A DNA stretch of 64,000 bases from Octopus bimaculoides (lineage: Eukaryota): assembly GCF_001194135.2 (NCBI RefSeq), contig NC_068982.1, positions 85,059,333 to 85,123,332 on the forward strand, read 5' to 3'. The notes under the pieces were generated by a model. It saw only the letters and a list, made by a program, of their open reading frames with translations. It ran no database searches and was not told where the DNA came from. This document shows, one piece after another, positions 62,942 to 64,000 of the stretch. Positions within the stretch are counted from its first letter, which is position 1. Each line of letters begins with the position of its first letter. The translations under genes and the position numbers were made by a program.

Positions 62942-63100
62942 CTCTAGAACCATCTTCATATGGGCATCATATTTTTCTAAGTCCATGACATCTTCAACCT
63001 TGGAAGGGTCACTGTCCCAGACTGTGGTAGAAACCATGCTCAAGTAGTACTTCTTCATTTGGACAGCTCCTTTCAAGACATCTTTGCACTCACGAATCAA
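62942..63100 (-). CDS. MAP3K4: MAP3K4/MEKK4 coding exon (first in window), LIRECKDVLKGAVQMKKYY...MKMVLE
   Basis: AG acceptor at 63101-63102 and GTGAGT donor from 62941; 159 bp, phase 0/0. The peptide matches the remembered vertebrate MAP3K4 segment LVRECKEVLKGGLLMKQYY. Confidence 0.92.
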
Positions 63101-63427
63101 CTATAAAAATGAAAACAAGATAATAATTGACCAGCGGACATATGTTGGTTGAAGGAACTCCTTTATAAGTGTGCTGCAGGTGAGCTCAAATATTGCTGTA
63201 ATGACAAGGTAATTTGGATGAAATAGGATATAAGGTACTGCAATATTGACTATAAATAAATATATATCTATAAATAAATATCTTTGTACTTTGGAAGTTT
63301 GCGTTGTTGGTTTATGGGTTTAAGTTGAATCCCACAGCCTAACATCTTGGGAAAGTTTCTTCCATATAGCATTAGGTTGATAAATACGTTGTGAGAAATT
63401 TAGTAAATGGAAATTACATCAAAGTCT

Positions 63428-63431
<4 letters not shown>

Positions 63432-63475
<44 letters not shown>

Positions 63476-63945
63476 GGTGTGTGGGTGTAGCTAAAAATGT
63501 GTAGTTAAAATGCATAAAAACAGGGAACATTGAGTAAATAACAGACTCACAAGTGTAAAGACCAGCATTTTTAGTAATTTTCTTTACAGTGACTTAAAAT
63601 TTCACCAGTCATTCAACAGATCAGCCCAGAAATTGTTCAACTCAAAGTAGCATTACATGTCGGTTTTTGTTATGGATGGGTGTGTAAAGAACAACTACAC
63701 AGATATACATACATATGTACATATATATACTTACACACACACACATAGCCATTTATATTTCTTTTATTTGCTTGGGTCATTTGACTTCGGCTAGACATAG
63801 ACACACAAATACTTACACCTATATATACATATATATACGACCAGGCTTCTTTCAGTTTCCATCTACCAAATCCACTCACAAGTGGTCTTAGTGAGAAGAT
63901 ATTAATCTGACTTTTTTGAATCTATACTAGCAAGTGCATATGCAC

Positions 63946-64000
<55 letters not shown>
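63432..64000. repeat. (TG)n and terminal (TA)n microsatellites; others at 4826 (CA), 7697 (CT), 23040 (AAT), 26840 (ATT), 34990 (TG/AG), 41940 (compound), 56985 (TG)
   Basis: Directly visible simple repeats. Confidence 0.95.

Overview
Eukaryotic, AT-rich, repeat-saturated genomic DNA. The repeat families (CAT/AAT/TA/CA microsatellites, RTE tails, tRNA- and Nin-type SINEs) look molluscan, most likely octopus; this is an inference. One host gene is present: eight consecutive minus-strand coding exons (1350 bp, 450 codons, all GT-AG, phases compatible) of a MAP3K4/MEKK4 orthologue, covering the N-terminal non-kinase region. The gene runs off both ends of the window. Its introns hold Gypsy, RTE, CR1-like, R4/Dong-like, Penelope (GIY-YIG), mariner, piggyBac, hAT and Helitron/Helentron remnants plus SINEs. 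The most interesting signal is a set of four sequence-unrelated non-coding repeat families that each carry a minimal type I hammerhead-ribozyme fold (CUGAUGA...GAAA with a short palindromic stem III). They show tandem or inverted arrangements and often (TA)n flanks, and lie near a Penelope GIY-YIG inverted repeat. This looks like a retrozyme / Penelope-parasite system. Also notable are a 5S rRNA-SINE chimera inserted as one unit with a 17-bp TSD inside a piggyBac that itself sits in an RTE, and a TRIM-like LTR element. Five N gaps limit interpretation. All homology calls are from motif recognition, not database searches, and coordinates of degraded repeats are approximate.
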